The notes: generated from the letters alone by a model not told the origin. A stretch of DNA of 64,000 bases from an uncultured Gemmatimonadales bacterium (GCA_963695555.1 CAVOGR010000001.1:768001-832000); one strand, 5' to 3'; counted from the first letter of the stretch, positions 38,025-47,669 are shown. A program made the numbers and translations.

Positions 38025-38438
38025 ATGTCCAGCTCTATTCGTCGTGCCGACTACTTCTATGCCACCGTGACTGACCGTCCCGGCGAGGCCTACAAATTCC
38101 TCTCCACCTTGGCGGATCTGGGCATCAGTCTCTTGGCCTTTACGGCGGTGCCGACGGGACCGAATCAAACCCAGCTCGCCCTCTTTCCGGCCGATACCCT
38201 GAAGATGCAAGATGCCGCGAAGAAAGCCGGGCTCGAGCTCGACGGGCCGCATCGTGCCTTGTTGGTACAGGGTGATGACGAACTCGGTGCCCTGGCAGGC
38301 GTTCACGCCCGATTGTATGAGGCCAACGTCAACGTCTATGCGTCGAGCGGCGTGGCGGACGGCCATGGTAGCTACGGCTACGTCGTCTATGTCCGACCCG
38401 ACGAATACGAGCGCGCCGCATCCGCGCTCGGCGTCTAA
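38025..38438 (+). CDS. tandem ACT-domain protein
   Basis: DRPGEAY and DELGALAGVHARL..VNV ACT-like repeats. Confidence 0.75.
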   Translation: MSSSIRRADYFYATVTDRPGEAYKFLSTLADLGISLLAFTAVPTGPNQTQLALFPADTLKMQDAAKKAGLELDGPHRALLVQGDDELGALAGVHARLYEANVNVYASSGVADGHGSYGYVVYVRPDEYERAASALGV

Positions 38439-38483
38439 TCGGCTGTCTTTGTCCCACTACGGGTCGAGGACCGAGGAGGAGTC

Positions 38484-38873
38484 TTGGCATTCGTGCCCGT
38501 TCCGCAGACCGATCGCGAGGTGTCAATCCGGGCCAGAGACCTGAGCCAGCGCTTGACGCAAACGATTCGCGAGTTCCAGCAGAATCATCCCGGAACAACG
38601 TCGGAGGATGTGCGTCAGGCGGTGCGGATGGCGGCGGAAGGATCCGGGGTGAGCCGTGGTGGCACCGGCCAACAACGCGCGGCGATCGCGGTGGTGCTGG
38701 GGATCTTCTTTGCCGGCCTTGGGGCGTTTGCCTTCCTGCAACGGGCCGGAGGAGGGGGGGCGGGAGAGGGAGGGGGAGGGGGAGCTTCGGTTTCGTGGAT
38801 GCTCGTCGGCATCGGCATCCTGACGGTGGTTCTCGCCCTCGTCGCCGTCCTCCGGCAGAACCGGGATCGGTAG
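38484..38873 (+). CDS. hypothetical 2-TM membrane protein
   Basis: RBS GAGGAG with TTG start; two hydrophobic helices. Confidence 0.6.
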   Translation: MAFVPVPQTDREVSIRARDLSQRLTQTIREFQQNHPGTTSEDVRQAVRMAAEGSGVSRGGTGQQRAAIAVVLGIFFAGLGAFAFLQRAGGGGAGEGGGGGASVSWMLVGIGILTVVLALVAVLRQNRDR

Positions 38874-38876
38874 CCG

Positions 38877-39149
38877 ATGGAAGGGGTGCTCGCTCTCCTG
38901 ATTCCGCTGATTCCGGTCACGGTGTTCGGCGTCTGGATCTTGGGGAAGACCGACATCGGCCGCGCCATCGCGAGGCGAATCGAGGGAAGGGCAGGGATCG
39001 GCCGGGATCAGTTGACGGCCGTGCAGGAGGAACTCGACGCGCTTCACGACGAGATACTGCGACTCCAGCACGATCAGGCCGAAACCCACGAGCGGCTGGA
39101 TTTCACCGAGCGACTGCTGGCTCGGAAGACCGACGCGACGAACACCTAG
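38877..39149 (+). CDS. small TM + coiled-coil protein
   Basis: N-terminal TM; IGRAIARRI..ERLDFTERLL. Confidence 0.7.
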   Translation: MEGVLALLIPLIPVTVFGVWILGKTDIGRAIARRIEGRAGIGRDQLTAVQEELDALHDEILRLQHDQAETHERLDFTERLLARKTDATNT

Positions 39150-39333
39150 CGCCGCCAAGCTGGCCACTGGATCCTCCCAATCCGCACCGTAGGGCTCACC
39201 TTGCACAGACCGATTGCCATTCGGCGCAATCCCGTCGATCATGCACCGTGTTCTGGAGCAGATCTACTTCCTCACTTGACGGGCGATCGTCACGGCGAAG
39301 AGGTAGTGAGGTATTTTTTTTGGAACGGGCGTC

Positions 39334-39840
39334 ATGAATCCGGACAGACAACTGCTCAAGCACTTCCTCGCAGCCTTGGCCTACCGGACCCAAAAGGCCC
39401 TGAAGGGCGCCCCGGCAGATTTCCCGGATTTCCGGGCCGCCCCGGGTCTCCGGACCCCGCACGAGCTCCTGCGTCACATGACCAGCGTCCTGGGCTACGC
39501 CCGCACGCACCTGATCGGTGGAACCTACCGGCCAAACCGCTTGCCCCGGTTCGAAGACGAGGTGGCTCGCTTCCACGAGATGTTACAGGCACTCGGGGTT
39601 GAGTTGGAACGAGGGACACCGTTCCGGGACACCACATCGGAACGGATGCTCCAGGGTCCCTTGTCCGATGCCATGACCCACGCCGGGCAGCTCGCGATGC
39701 TGCGCCGCCTGGCAGGATCGCCCATCCCGCCCGAGAACTTCATCGAGGCCGATATCGACTCCCAGAACCTGGGTCCGGACCAGCCGAAGCCGGTGAGCCC
39801 CGACGAGCACTGGAACCCGGCGGAAGAGGAACCGGGGTAG
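39334..39840 (+). CDS. DinB-like four-helix-bundle protein
   Basis: TPHELLRHM and DAMTHAGQL motifs. Confidence 0.7.
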   Translation: MNPDRQLLKHFLAALAYRTQKALKGAPADFPDFRAAPGLRTPHELLRHMTSVLGYARTHLIGGTYRPNRLPRFEDEVARFHEMLQALGVELERGTPFRDTTSERMLQGPLSDAMTHAGQLAMLRRLAGSPIPPENFIEADIDSQNLGPDQPKPVSPDEHWNPAEEEPG

Positions 39841-39845
39841 TCCTC

Positions 39846-40457
39846 ATGCCCCCTCGGACCAAGCGATACGATCGCCGCTACTTCGACAAGTGGTACCGTG
39901 ACCCACGCCACCGGATCAGCTCCCCGGCAGGGCTGAGACGCAAGGTGCAGCTCATCGTGAGTCTCACCGAGTTCGTCCTCGAGCGCCCGATCCGGACGGT
40001 GCTCGACGTGGGGTGTGGCGAGGCACGGTGGCAACGCGTCCTGGCCACATTCCGCCCCAAGGCCGCCTACACCGGCATCGACCGAAGTCCGTACGTCGTG
40101 GAGCGCTATGGGCGCCATCGCAATATCCGGTTGGGGAGCTTCGACCAACTCGAGGCCTGCGGGCTCGACCGTCCGTTCGACCTGGTAGTGTGCTCCGATG
40201 TGCTGCATTACCTGCCCCGACGACAGCTGGTCCGCGGGCTCGACACCGTGGTGAAGTTGGTCGGCGGTGTCGCGTGCCTCGAGGCCTATACCAGAGCGGA
40301 CGAGATCGAGGGCGATCGCCAGGGGTTCCACCGCCGCACCGCTTCCGCTTACCGCCGGGTCTTTTGGGACGCCGGGCTCGTCCCGTGCGGCATGCAGTGT
40401 TACGTGCACAGGGATCGAGGCCGGGAAATGGTTGCGCTCGAGGTCTTTCCGGGATGA
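39846..40457 (+). CDS. class I SAM-dependent methyltransferase
   Basis: VLDVGCGE, FDLVVCSDVLHY. Confidence 0.85.
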   Translation: MPPRTKRYDRRYFDKWYRDPRHRISSPAGLRRKVQLIVSLTEFVLERPIRTVLDVGCGEARWQRVLATFRPKAAYTGIDRSPYVVERYGRHRNIRLGSFDQLEACGLDRPFDLVVCSDVLHYLPRRQLVRGLDTVVKLVGGVACLEAYTRADEIEGDRQGFHRRTASAYRRVFWDAGLVPCGMQCYVHRDRGREMVALEVFPG

Positions 40458-40578
40458 AAGGGGTCTAGCGGATTTGAGATGGCACCATCGGCGGGTGGAT
40501 TCCTCGCCCTAGCCATGTTTGGGTACCGGATGCATCTTGCGGCCGCCGATCCTCAGCCTCGACCAGAGTGGAGGTCCC

Positions 40579-40962
40579 ATGAGTGGACGAGTTCGCCGAT
40601 TGCTCGACAGGCTCAAGGGCACGCCTCCGGCGCTCACCACCGAGGAACTCGTCCGGTTGGTGCTTGACCGCGCCGCCCGGCCCAGCGATCGCGACGACGC
40701 GGCCATCGAACTCGGCCGTCATGACGACCCCGCCGTCGAGGCCGCCTTGCTTCGCATCGTGCGCGATCCGCTGTCCGGTGCGGTGCTCCAGGAAGACTGC
40801 GGGCTCTCACTCGCCGAGATCTGGAGTCGGCGGGACCGGCTCGACGTGCCGCTGGCCGCGACCCTCCCTCCGCCGGTCCTGCGCATCGCGCTCTCGGTCC
40901 TCAAGGACCGCCGTCCCGAGTGGAAGGGCTCCCTGGTCGCGCTCGATTCCTCGGCGAACTGA
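40579..40962 (+). CDS. hypothetical helical (HEAT-like) protein
   Basis: RBS GGAGG; RDDAAIELG..GLSLAEIW. Confidence 0.55.
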   Translation: MSGRVRRLLDRLKGTPPALTTEELVRLVLDRAARPSDRDDAAIELGRHDDPAVEAALLRIVRDPLSGAVLQEDCGLSLAEIWSRRDRLDVPLAATLPPPVLRIALSVLKDRRPEWKGSLVALDSSAN

Positions 40963-41075
40963 CCGAAACGCGGCCGCCCCGCGATATCTTTCCACCATCA
41001 TTGATCGTGTCGCCTCGGAGGCACCGGTGCCGAAGAGCGATTGGTCGTATCTACCCCTCGTTGCGGGAGTGTTCT

Positions 41076-41432
41076 ATGTGCTCGCCCAATAGGCAGTGTC
41101 GGTGGGGCAGTGGGAAGTTGGTCCTCATCGCGGCGCTCGCCGTCATGGCATCACCCGGGTTCGTGAGGGCGCAGGAAGCCGATCGGAAGACTGCGCAGGA
41201 GCAGGCACAATTCCAGGCGCAAATGGAGCAGATGGCCCCGATGCTGCGGCAGATGTCGCTGGGGGCGATTGATCTGACCCTGGAGGTGCTCAGCCAGAAG
41301 GAAACGGCCGACCGCCTGGCCGAGTTCACGCGGAATTACTACGAGGCCCTGCTCGCCAGGCGCTTCACCAAGGTGGAGGCCCTCGATATCGTGAAGGCCG
41401 TCGGCATACCGGCCCTCCCGGCGCTTCGGTAG
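41076..41432 (+). CDS. hypothetical secreted protein
   Basis: Signal peptide ending VRAQ; helical body; start uncertain. Confidence 0.55.
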   Translation: MCSPNRQCRWGSGKLVLIAALAVMASPGFVRAQEADRKTAQEQAQFQAQMEQMAPMLRQMSLGAIDLTLEVLSQKETADRLAEFTRNYYEALLARRFTKVEALDIVKAVGIPALPALR

Positions 41433-41525
41433 GGCGCCGGGCCCTGGAGCGCGGCCCGGGGGCGGGAATGCCTGGTGTGGCCAGATTCCCGCCCTAGCGC
41501 CGGAAGGGGTTTCGGCGCATTGTAA

Positions 41526-41954
41526 TTGGCTCCGACATTCGACTCATCTCCAGGAGGCCGTATCTCGAGTCTGCCATGGTGGGCCTCGATGTACCTTGGC
41601 GCCCTCGGCACGGTTGCCGTGCTCTCTTCGATCCTCGATCTGGGCCGGCGGCGGCCATGGTGGCATCTGCTGGCGAGCCTCATGGCCATTGCCGCAGTGG
41701 CGCTGATGGTGGTGACGTTCTGGTCGGAGCCGACCTTCGCGTTCTTTGGTCGCTGGATCGTGGTGGTATTTCTTGGCGCCGGCGCCTGGCTCATGCTGTC
41801 ATTCGCACAACGCATCGGCGAGCTCCTCCCGAAAATGCGCTCCAGTGACAGCCCTGCCGCGTCGGCCGAGTATGTCTGGTTCCTGGTCGAGGCGCTCTTC
41901 CTCGTCCCGGGGGTCGTCATCGGCATCATCCAGGTGGTTCGCGCATGGCTCTAG
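41526..41954 (+). CDS. hypothetical 4-TM membrane protein
   Basis: Four hydrophobic segments; start uncertain. Confidence 0.5.
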   Translation: MAPTFDSSPGGRISSLPWWASMYLGALGTVAVLSSILDLGRRRPWWHLLASLMAIAAVALMVVTFWSEPTFAFFGRWIVVVFLGAGAWLMLSFAQRIGELLPKMRSSDSPAASAEYVWFLVEALFLVPGVVIGIIQVVRAWL

Positions 41955-42502
41955 TACCCAAGACGTTGCTCAATGACACGGCCGTTGGGCTTACCGATGG
42001 CGACTTGCGGCGGCTCGCTATCGTCGCGCAGATGGATCGGGAGCAGTTCTTCGCGACGTATGCCCGGTGGCGGCAGCTCTACGGCGACCGGCATATCTGC
42101 ACGGTGCTGTGTGACGAAGGCCCCGACGCCCGGGGCTACACCGTGTGGAGTTTCTTCCGCGAGCACCCCGATGCCCCGCTGCCCTATCGCCGAAAACGCG
42201 TGTGGCCGGTCGAGGATGCACGCTTCGGCCGGTGCCTGGACCACCCGGCCTTCGCGGAACGATCGGTCGCGGTGATCAGCCGCAGCATTCCCGCTGGCCT
42301 GTTGGATGAAGCCGGCGAGACACTCGGGCGCTATCTGCAGGCGGGTAGGTCCGCCAGCGCCCGGCTCCTTCGGGACCGTCGGCTAGTGCAACTCGAGCCC
42401 GCCGAGGGTCGCGGGGAGGCCGTCTGGCCCGAGCCCGAGTCCCGTGGGCTGGTGCCTCTCCCCACGGCCGGCCAGCCACGCAGTCGCTGGCGGAGGCCGT
42501 AG
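41945..42502 (+). CDS. hypothetical protein
   Basis: ORF overlapping the upstream stop; protein-like composition. Confidence 0.45.
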   Translation: MALVPKTLLNDTAVGLTDGDLRRLAIVAQMDREQFFATYARWRQLYGDRHICTVLCDEGPDARGYTVWSFFREHPDAPLPYRRKRVWPVEDARFGRCLDHPAFAERSVAVISRSIPAGLLDEAGETLGRYLQAGRSASARLLRDRRLVQLEPAEGRGEAVWPEPESRGLVPLPTAGQPRSRWRRP

Positions 42503-42568
42503 CGGATCCGCATCCGCGAGCCACCCCTTGAGTTGAGGCCTGGCTCGCTCTACTGTTTCGGGGGATCG

Positions 42569-42642
42569 GCGCCCGTAGCTCAATTGGATAGAGCATCGGA
42601 CTTCGGATCCGAGGGTTGGGGGTTCGAGTCCCTCCGGGCGCG
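42569..42642 (+). tRNA. tRNA-Arg, anticodon TCG; CCA not encoded
   Basis: Acceptor GCGCCCG/CGGGCGC; D arm GCTC..GAGC; anticodon stem TCGGA/TCCGA with loop CTTCGGA; T loop GGTTCGAGTCC. Confidence 0.95.
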
Positions 42643-42644
42643 CT

Positions 42645-42683
42645 GGCTCGCGCTGGCTCTCGAGGCCAGCACGAGCCTTTCTT
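42645..42683 (+). terminator. hairpin/terminator after the tRNA
   Basis: GGCTCGCGCTGGC ... GCCAGCACGAGCC followed by TTTCTT. Confidence 0.65.
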
Positions 42684-42824
42684 CTTCCATATGAAGGGTA
42701 GATCGGGGGAGCGGTGACCTCCTCCGTCCTTGCCGTCGGGCCGCTCTCACGAAATCTTCCAGGGCAGAAGCGTCCCGACTCCCGATGCCGAGCAGGAGCA
42801 CGGTCATGGACCCGAGGAGACGCC

Positions 42825-44285
42825 GTGAGCAGCACTGAAAACCCAGCCAGCACCACGTTACGCAGCCGCATCCTCGGGGTCGAGCAGGAAGTCCCGTTGC
42901 TCGACGGGCGGATGGGGCCGTACGTCAACTTCGACAACGCCGCGAGCACGCCGCCGCTGGTGGACGTCATGGATGCGCTGACGCGGTTCCTGCCTTTCTA
43001 TTCCAGCGTGCACCGGGGGACCGGTTTCAAGTCCCGCTTGAGCAGCGAAGCCTACGATGACGCGCACAGGATCCTCACCAGGTTCGTCGGGGCCGACCCG
43101 GCCAGCAACACTGTCATCTTTGGCAAGAACACCACCGAAGCGATCAACAAGCTGTCCTACCGGTTGGCGCTGTCCTCCGACGCGGTCGTGCTCTCGTCGC
43201 AGCTCGAGCACCACTCCAACGATCTCCCGTGGCGGCGTACGGCCCAAGTCGTCCACGTCCGGGCCACCCCGGATGGCCGATTCGATGAAGACGACTTCGA
43301 CCGGCAATTGGCGCAGTATGGGAACCGCGTCGCCCTGGTCTCGGTGACCGGGGCCTCGAACGTGAGCGGCCTCATCCCGCCCATCCATCGACTGGCCCGG
43401 AAAGCCCATGCGGCGGGCGCACGCATTCTGGTGGATGCCGCTCAGCTCGCGCCCCATCGGCGGATCGACATGAGGCCCGACAACGATCCGGAGCATCTCG
43501 ATTTTGTCGTCTTGTCGGCACATAAGATGTACGCGCCGTTCGGGACCGGGGCGTTGGTGGGGCCGAAAGAGGTGTTCCTCAGGAGCGCGCCCGAATACCA
43601 GGGTGGGGGCACTGTCGATGTGGTAACCCTGGACGAGGTGCATTGGGCGGATGTTCCCGACCGCGAGGAAGCCGGGAGCCCCAATGTGGTCGGTGCGGTG
43701 GCCATGGCCGCGGCCGCGGCGGCCCTGATGGATGTCGGGATGGACACGATCGCCGAGCATGAGACCCGGCTGGTGAGCCATTGTCTCGAGCGGCTTCGCG
43801 ACGTGCCAGGGGCGGTGGTCTACGGGGACCGAGATCCGGCGCTGGCACACACCAGGGTGGGCGCCATCCCGTTCAATCTCGAGGGCGTGTCGCACGCGCT
43901 CCTGGCGTCCATCCTTGGTTACGAGGCCGGGATTGGCGTCCGGCACGGCTGCTTCTGCGCCCATCCCTACGTGGTGCATCTGCTCCAGCTCAGCGAAGCG
44001 GACGCGGCATCCTGGCGCGCGCAGGTCCTGACCGGCGACAAGTCCAACATGCCCGGGATGGTTCGCGTGAGCTTCGGGTGCTACAACACCACCGAGGAGA
44101 TCGATCGCCTGATCGACATGCTGGGCCGGATTTCCCGCGGCCAATACCAGGGCCGCTACCGGCAGCTCGCCGGGAACGGCGAGTACGTGCCGGAAGGACA
44201 GTCCATGCGATTCGATGAATACTTCTCCCTCGAACCGGGCGCGGCCGGATCGGGCGGGCTTCCGGAGCGGCTCTGCGGCGGCTAA
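42825..44285 (+). CDS. class V aminotransferase, SufS/Csd-like cysteine desulfurase family
   Basis: NFDNAAST, EHHSNDLPW, VDAAQ, SAHKMYAP (PLP Lys), RHGCFCA; RBS GAGGAG with GTG start. Confidence 0.88.
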   Translation: MSSTENPASTTLRSRILGVEQEVPLLDGRMGPYVNFDNAASTPPLVDVMDALTRFLPFYSSVHRGTGFKSRLSSEAYDDAHRILTRFVGADPASNTVIFGKNTTEAINKLSYRLALSSDAVVLSSQLEHHSNDLPWRRTAQVVHVRATPDGRFDEDDFDRQLAQYGNRVALVSVTGASNVSGLIPPIHRLARKAHAAGARILVDAAQLAPHRRIDMRPDNDPEHLDFVVLSAHKMYAPFGTGALVGPKEVFLRSAPEYQGGGTVDVVTLDEVHWADVPDREEAGSPNVVGAVAMAAAAAALMDVGMDTIAEHETRLVSHCLERLRDVPGAVVYGDRDPALAHTRVGAIPFNLEGVSHALLASILGYEAGIGVRHGCFCAHPYVVHLLQLSEADAASWRAQVLTGDKSNMPGMVRVSFGCYNTTEEIDRLIDMLGRISRGQYQGRYRQLAGNGEYVPEGQSMRFDEYFSLEPGAAGSGGLPERLCGG

Positions 44286-44335
44286 GACCTCGCGTCATGC
44301 CCGTCTCGAGTCCTCAGCCGGGTGACAACCCCACA

Positions 44336-46123
44336 ATGACGAAATCCCTGCTCGTGATCGGCGGTGCCTCGCTCGATATCCTGCACTTCCGAGGACGAAC
44401 GGCACGCTCGGCCGGCGGGGCGGGGCTCTACACTGCGCTCGCGGCCCATCGGGCCGGAGTGCGGGTCACCATGATCGGCCCCCGGCCCAATCCGATGCCG
44501 CCAGAACTCGGCCCCGCGGCGGAACGGATTCAATGGATCGGGCCCCAGGTGACGCCTGAAGAGTTGCCCACGTTCGAAATCGCGCACCACGGGGCTGGAT
44601 ACTCCAATATCGAAAACATCTACTGGCGCTCCGAGGCAGCACTCTCGCCGGCGGATCTACCCGGGCTCGAACCGGGTCACGACTTGGTCTATTGCATCGG
44701 GCTGACCGACCCCCAAAGCCAACTCGCTTTCGTTACCTACCTGCGGTCCATTGGTCGGACGGTGGCGTGCGGTACCTATGGTTGCGCCGTGACCGATCAT
44801 GCGCCTGTCGTTCGCGAAATCATGGAATTGGCGGACATCTTCTTCTGCAATGAGTCGGAAGCCGTCGGTCTCTTCGGTTCCGTCGAGGGGGCCCGCACCC
44901 AGTCCGGCAAAGTCCTGTTCGTCACTCGTGGACCGCGAGGGGCCAGGGTGATTCTTGGCGACTATGCAACCGACATACCGGCAATCCCTGTCCGCGAGTT
45001 GGATCCGACCGGCGCCGGCGACACATTCTGCGGAACCGTGCTGGCCTTTCTGGCGCACAATGCTCATCCGGTCATTGCGGCGGAGCACGGTGTAGCCGCC
45101 GCGGCTGAGATGATTACCGGCGTGGGCCCTGAAACTCTGCTCCGCGCCGCGCCGACGCCGGCCCCGCCGGACGACCCGCGGGTTCGTGTAGATGAAGCGC
45201 AAGCGGGTCGGATCGGCCGTCTGATCGGTTCGCTTCCGGAGGTCGAACCGTTCGACTTCACAGGCGAGCTGTTTCCACCGCCGGGACACACGGCTGCGTT
45301 GGATTTCTTTTTCGCGGCCACACTCCAGCAATTTGGATTCTGGAACGAGCAGGGCGGGCGCTACACCGCGCCGATGGTCGCGAGCGTGGGTGGGATCGAG
45401 CGCAAAGGAAGTGACTATCTCTGGGCGGCCTACCGCCGCTGGATGGAGGACGATCCGGAGGGACTGACCCCCGCCGCGCAGGCGTCGCTCGATCGCCCCG
45501 CCCTCGCCGCTCACACCCGCTCGGATTCGGGGGCGAGCCCGCTTCCGGTTCTCGACCTTCGAGTCGAGGCGGCACGCTCGTTTGGGCGCGACATGACCGC
45601 GCTAGGGTGGACCCCGGCCTCGGTTCTTCAGCACGCCAACGCATGCCCTGCGCCGCTCGAGAGCTTCTTGTCCTCACTCGATCGGGTGGGCGGATACAAG
45701 GAGGACCCGCTCCGAAAAAAGTCCGCGCTGCTCGCCGTCATTCTCGAGCAGCGGCCCGAGCGCTTTCTGAAACACATCCCCGGCGAGACCACGCCGCCAA
45801 TCGTGGATTACCACGTCATGCGGAGCTGTCTTCGTATGGGACTGATCCGGATCGATGACGAGGAGCTGTTGCGCAAACTCGAAGGCAGGGAGACGGTGCC
45901 GGCCCCGGACGAGTGGGCCGTTCGGCACGCGTCGTATCGTGCAATGACCCGGCTGCAGGGAGTCAGTGGCCGGTCGATGGGGGCAGTCGACTACTTCTTC
46001 TTCCAGAACCGTCGGCGCTGCCCGGAAATGACGGCACCGGATTGCGGCCGATGCCCGGTCGATCCAGCCTGTGCCCACGCCATCGGGCTGTTTCAGCCGG
46101 TGGTTCGCACCACATTCTACTAG
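44336..46123 (+). CDS. fusion of a PfkB/ribokinase-family kinase and a Qng1/queuosine-salvage-like domain, with a C-terminal 4-Cys Fe-S-type motif
   Basis: N-half GGAG, NESEA, VTRGPRGA, DPTGAGDTF; C-half LQQFGFW, KKSALL, VDYHVMR, VDYFFF; C-x7-C-x2-C-x5-C at the end. Confidence 0.7.
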   Translation: MTKSLLVIGGASLDILHFRGRTARSAGGAGLYTALAAHRAGVRVTMIGPRPNPMPPELGPAAERIQWIGPQVTPEELPTFEIAHHGAGYSNIENIYWRSEAALSPADLPGLEPGHDLVYCIGLTDPQSQLAFVTYLRSIGRTVACGTYGCAVTDHAPVVREIMELADIFFCNESEAVGLFGSVEGARTQSGKVLFVTRGPRGARVILGDYATDIPAIPVRELDPTGAGDTFCGTVLAFLAHNAHPVIAAEHGVAAAAEMITGVGPETLLRAAPTPAPPDDPRVRVDEAQAGRIGRLIGSLPEVEPFDFTGELFPPPGHTAALDFFFAATLQQFGFWNEQGGRYTAPMVASVGGIERKGSDYLWAAYRRWMEDDPEGLTPAAQASLDRPALAAHTRSDSGASPLPVLDLRVEAARSFGRDMTALGWTPASVLQHANACPAPLESFLSSLDRVGGYKEDPLRKKSALLAVILEQRPERFLKHIPGETTPPIVDYHVMRSCLRMGLIRIDDEELLRKLEGRETVPAPDEWAVRHASYRAMTRLQGVSGRSMGAVDYFFFQNRRRCPEMTAPDCGRCPVDPACAHAIGLFQPVVRTTFY

Positions 46124-46184
46124 ACGGCCTTCCTGCAAGGCTCGGCGGCCAGTGGGCACGGATCTTGATTAGCTTTCCACCATC

Positions 46185-46991
46185 ATGCCGTTCACCCTTG
46201 CACACCCCGCTGCCGCCATCCCCCTCCGACGCCTGCTTGGCGGGTCCGGGGTTCTCTCGGCCCTGGTCATCGGAAGCCTGACCCCGGATTTTGCCTACTT
46301 CGTGCCGTGGACCGTGAGCGTGATGGAAGCCCGCGGCGGAACGCACAGTTTTCTGGGGCTGCTCTGGTTCTGCCTACCGGTTGGGCTCGTCACCTACGTG
46401 GCCTTTCACGTCCTCGCGAAAGAGCCCGCCGTCGCCCTGTTGCCCGAACGGATAGCTCAGCGTCTCTGGCCGTTGGTGGACCGTGAGCCGGGCCTGCCGC
46501 GTGCCTCCGTTTGGGCCGTTGTCCTGTCGCTCATGGTCGGCGCCCTGACCCACCCGCTGTGGGATGCCTTTACCCACTTCGGCGGTCCAGCCATGGATAT
46601 CTTTCCCTTCTTGAACACCGCCGTTGGCCAGGTCTTTGGGCAGACGCTCCGGGTGTACAACGTGTTGCAGCATGCCAGCACAATCGGCGGGCTAGGCTTG
46701 TTGGCCTGGTGGACGATGCGCTGGATTCGTGCCGCGCCAGCTCCGGAGCTGACCCGACCCCGGCTCTCTCCACGTACCCGGACGCTCCTGATACTCATGG
46801 TCATGTTGGCGACGGCAGCCGGCGCAATTCTCGGTGGGTGGCGAGCCGCGCGAGTGGGAGAAGGGTGGTGGGCGGTCGAAACCTTCGTGTGGCACGGCGC
46901 CGTGTGGGGCATGGGGGCATTCGGCCTGACGTTGGTGCTGCTGGGTATCATCTGGCGAGGGACGGGGTGGCGCGCACTCGCGGAAACGTGA
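46185..46991 (+). CDS. DUF4184-family membrane protein
   Basis: MPFTLAHPAA, GSLTPD, THPLWDAFTH, LQHAST. Confidence 0.85.
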   Translation: MPFTLAHPAAAIPLRRLLGGSGVLSALVIGSLTPDFAYFVPWTVSVMEARGGTHSFLGLLWFCLPVGLVTYVAFHVLAKEPAVALLPERIAQRLWPLVDREPGLPRASVWAVVLSLMVGALTHPLWDAFTHFGGPAMDIFPFLNTAVGQVFGQTLRVYNVLQHASTIGGLGLLAWWTMRWIRAAPAPELTRPRLSPRTRTLLILMVMLATAAGAILGGWRAARVGEGWWAVETFVWHGAVWGMGAFGLTLVLLGIIWRGTGWRALAET

Positions 46992-47055
46992 AACATTCCC
47001 CTACTATTCCAATGGGTTATACGCCACCCTGTGCCGCACCAATTGGAGGAGATCC

Positions 47056-47226
47056 GTGCAACTCAGCTTGACACCCGAAGAGGCGTCGATGCTCCACGAC
47101 GTCCTGGCGAACTACGTGTCGGAACTCCGGATGGAAATCTCCAACACCGACTCCATGGACTTCCGAGAGCGGCTCAAAGCCAAAGAGGTGTTCCTCAAGC
47201 GTCTGCTCAACGACCTCGGTGCCTGA
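47056..47226 (+). CDS. small hypothetical helical protein, 56 aa
   Basis: RBS GGAGGAG with GTG start: MQLSLTPEEASMLHDVLANYVSELRMEISNTDSMDFRERLKAKEVFLKRLLNDLGA; not in the ORF track. Confidence 0.7.
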   Translation: MQLSLTPEEASMLHDVLANYVSELRMEISNTDSMDFRERLKAKEVFLKRLLNDLGA

Positions 47227-47255
47227 GTCACTGGAACTCGATTCCGCGGCGTCCT

Positions 47256-47669
47256 GTGGTCACCGCGTCGGCTGAGCCGGCAGCGGGCCGCACCGTTGTT
47301 CTGCAACTCACGGAATGGGGTAGTGGGCCGATCGGTCCGGCCGAGGCCCACGTCGGTCATGTCACCCTCGGCCGTCGACTGATTCGAGGGGGCATCCCCG
47401 TGGCTGTCGCCGCCGTTCTTACGCTCTTGATCCTACCGGTACCCCTGATGCACCTGGCCGGTATTCCGCTCCTCGTCTTGGGCATCTATTTTGGCGTTCG
47501 AAATGCCCGGGCGCGAGAGGTGTTTCTCGATGCCTCAGGCACCTGTCCGAGTTGCCATAGTCAGACGAAGCTCTTCATCGGCTTCGGGAAGCCGCCATTC
47601 AAACTGCCGGTCAAGACGTCGTGCGGCTCCTGCGGGAGGAACCTGATGTTGAAGCAGGGTGGTGAGTAG
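47256..47669 (+). CDS. membrane protein with C-terminal zinc ribbon
   Basis: Two TMs, then CPSC...CGSC; start uncertain. Confidence 0.55.
   Translation: MVTASAEPAAGRTVVLQLTEWGSGPIGPAEAHVGHVTLGRRLIRGGIPVAVAAVLTLLILPVPLMHLAGIPLLVLGIYFGVRNARAREVFLDASGTCPSCHSQTKLFIGFGKPPFKLPVKTSCGSCGRNLMLKQGGE

Noticed and set aside
39262..39320. Inverted repeats plus a T-run upstream of the DinB-like gene as an attenuator
   Set aside because: Stems are short and interrupted, with no leader peptide or known aptamer; evidence is too weak.
42502..42825. tRNA as an integration site of a genomic island or prophage
   Set aside because: No integrase or phage genes, and no duplicated tRNA 3' end was noticed in the window.
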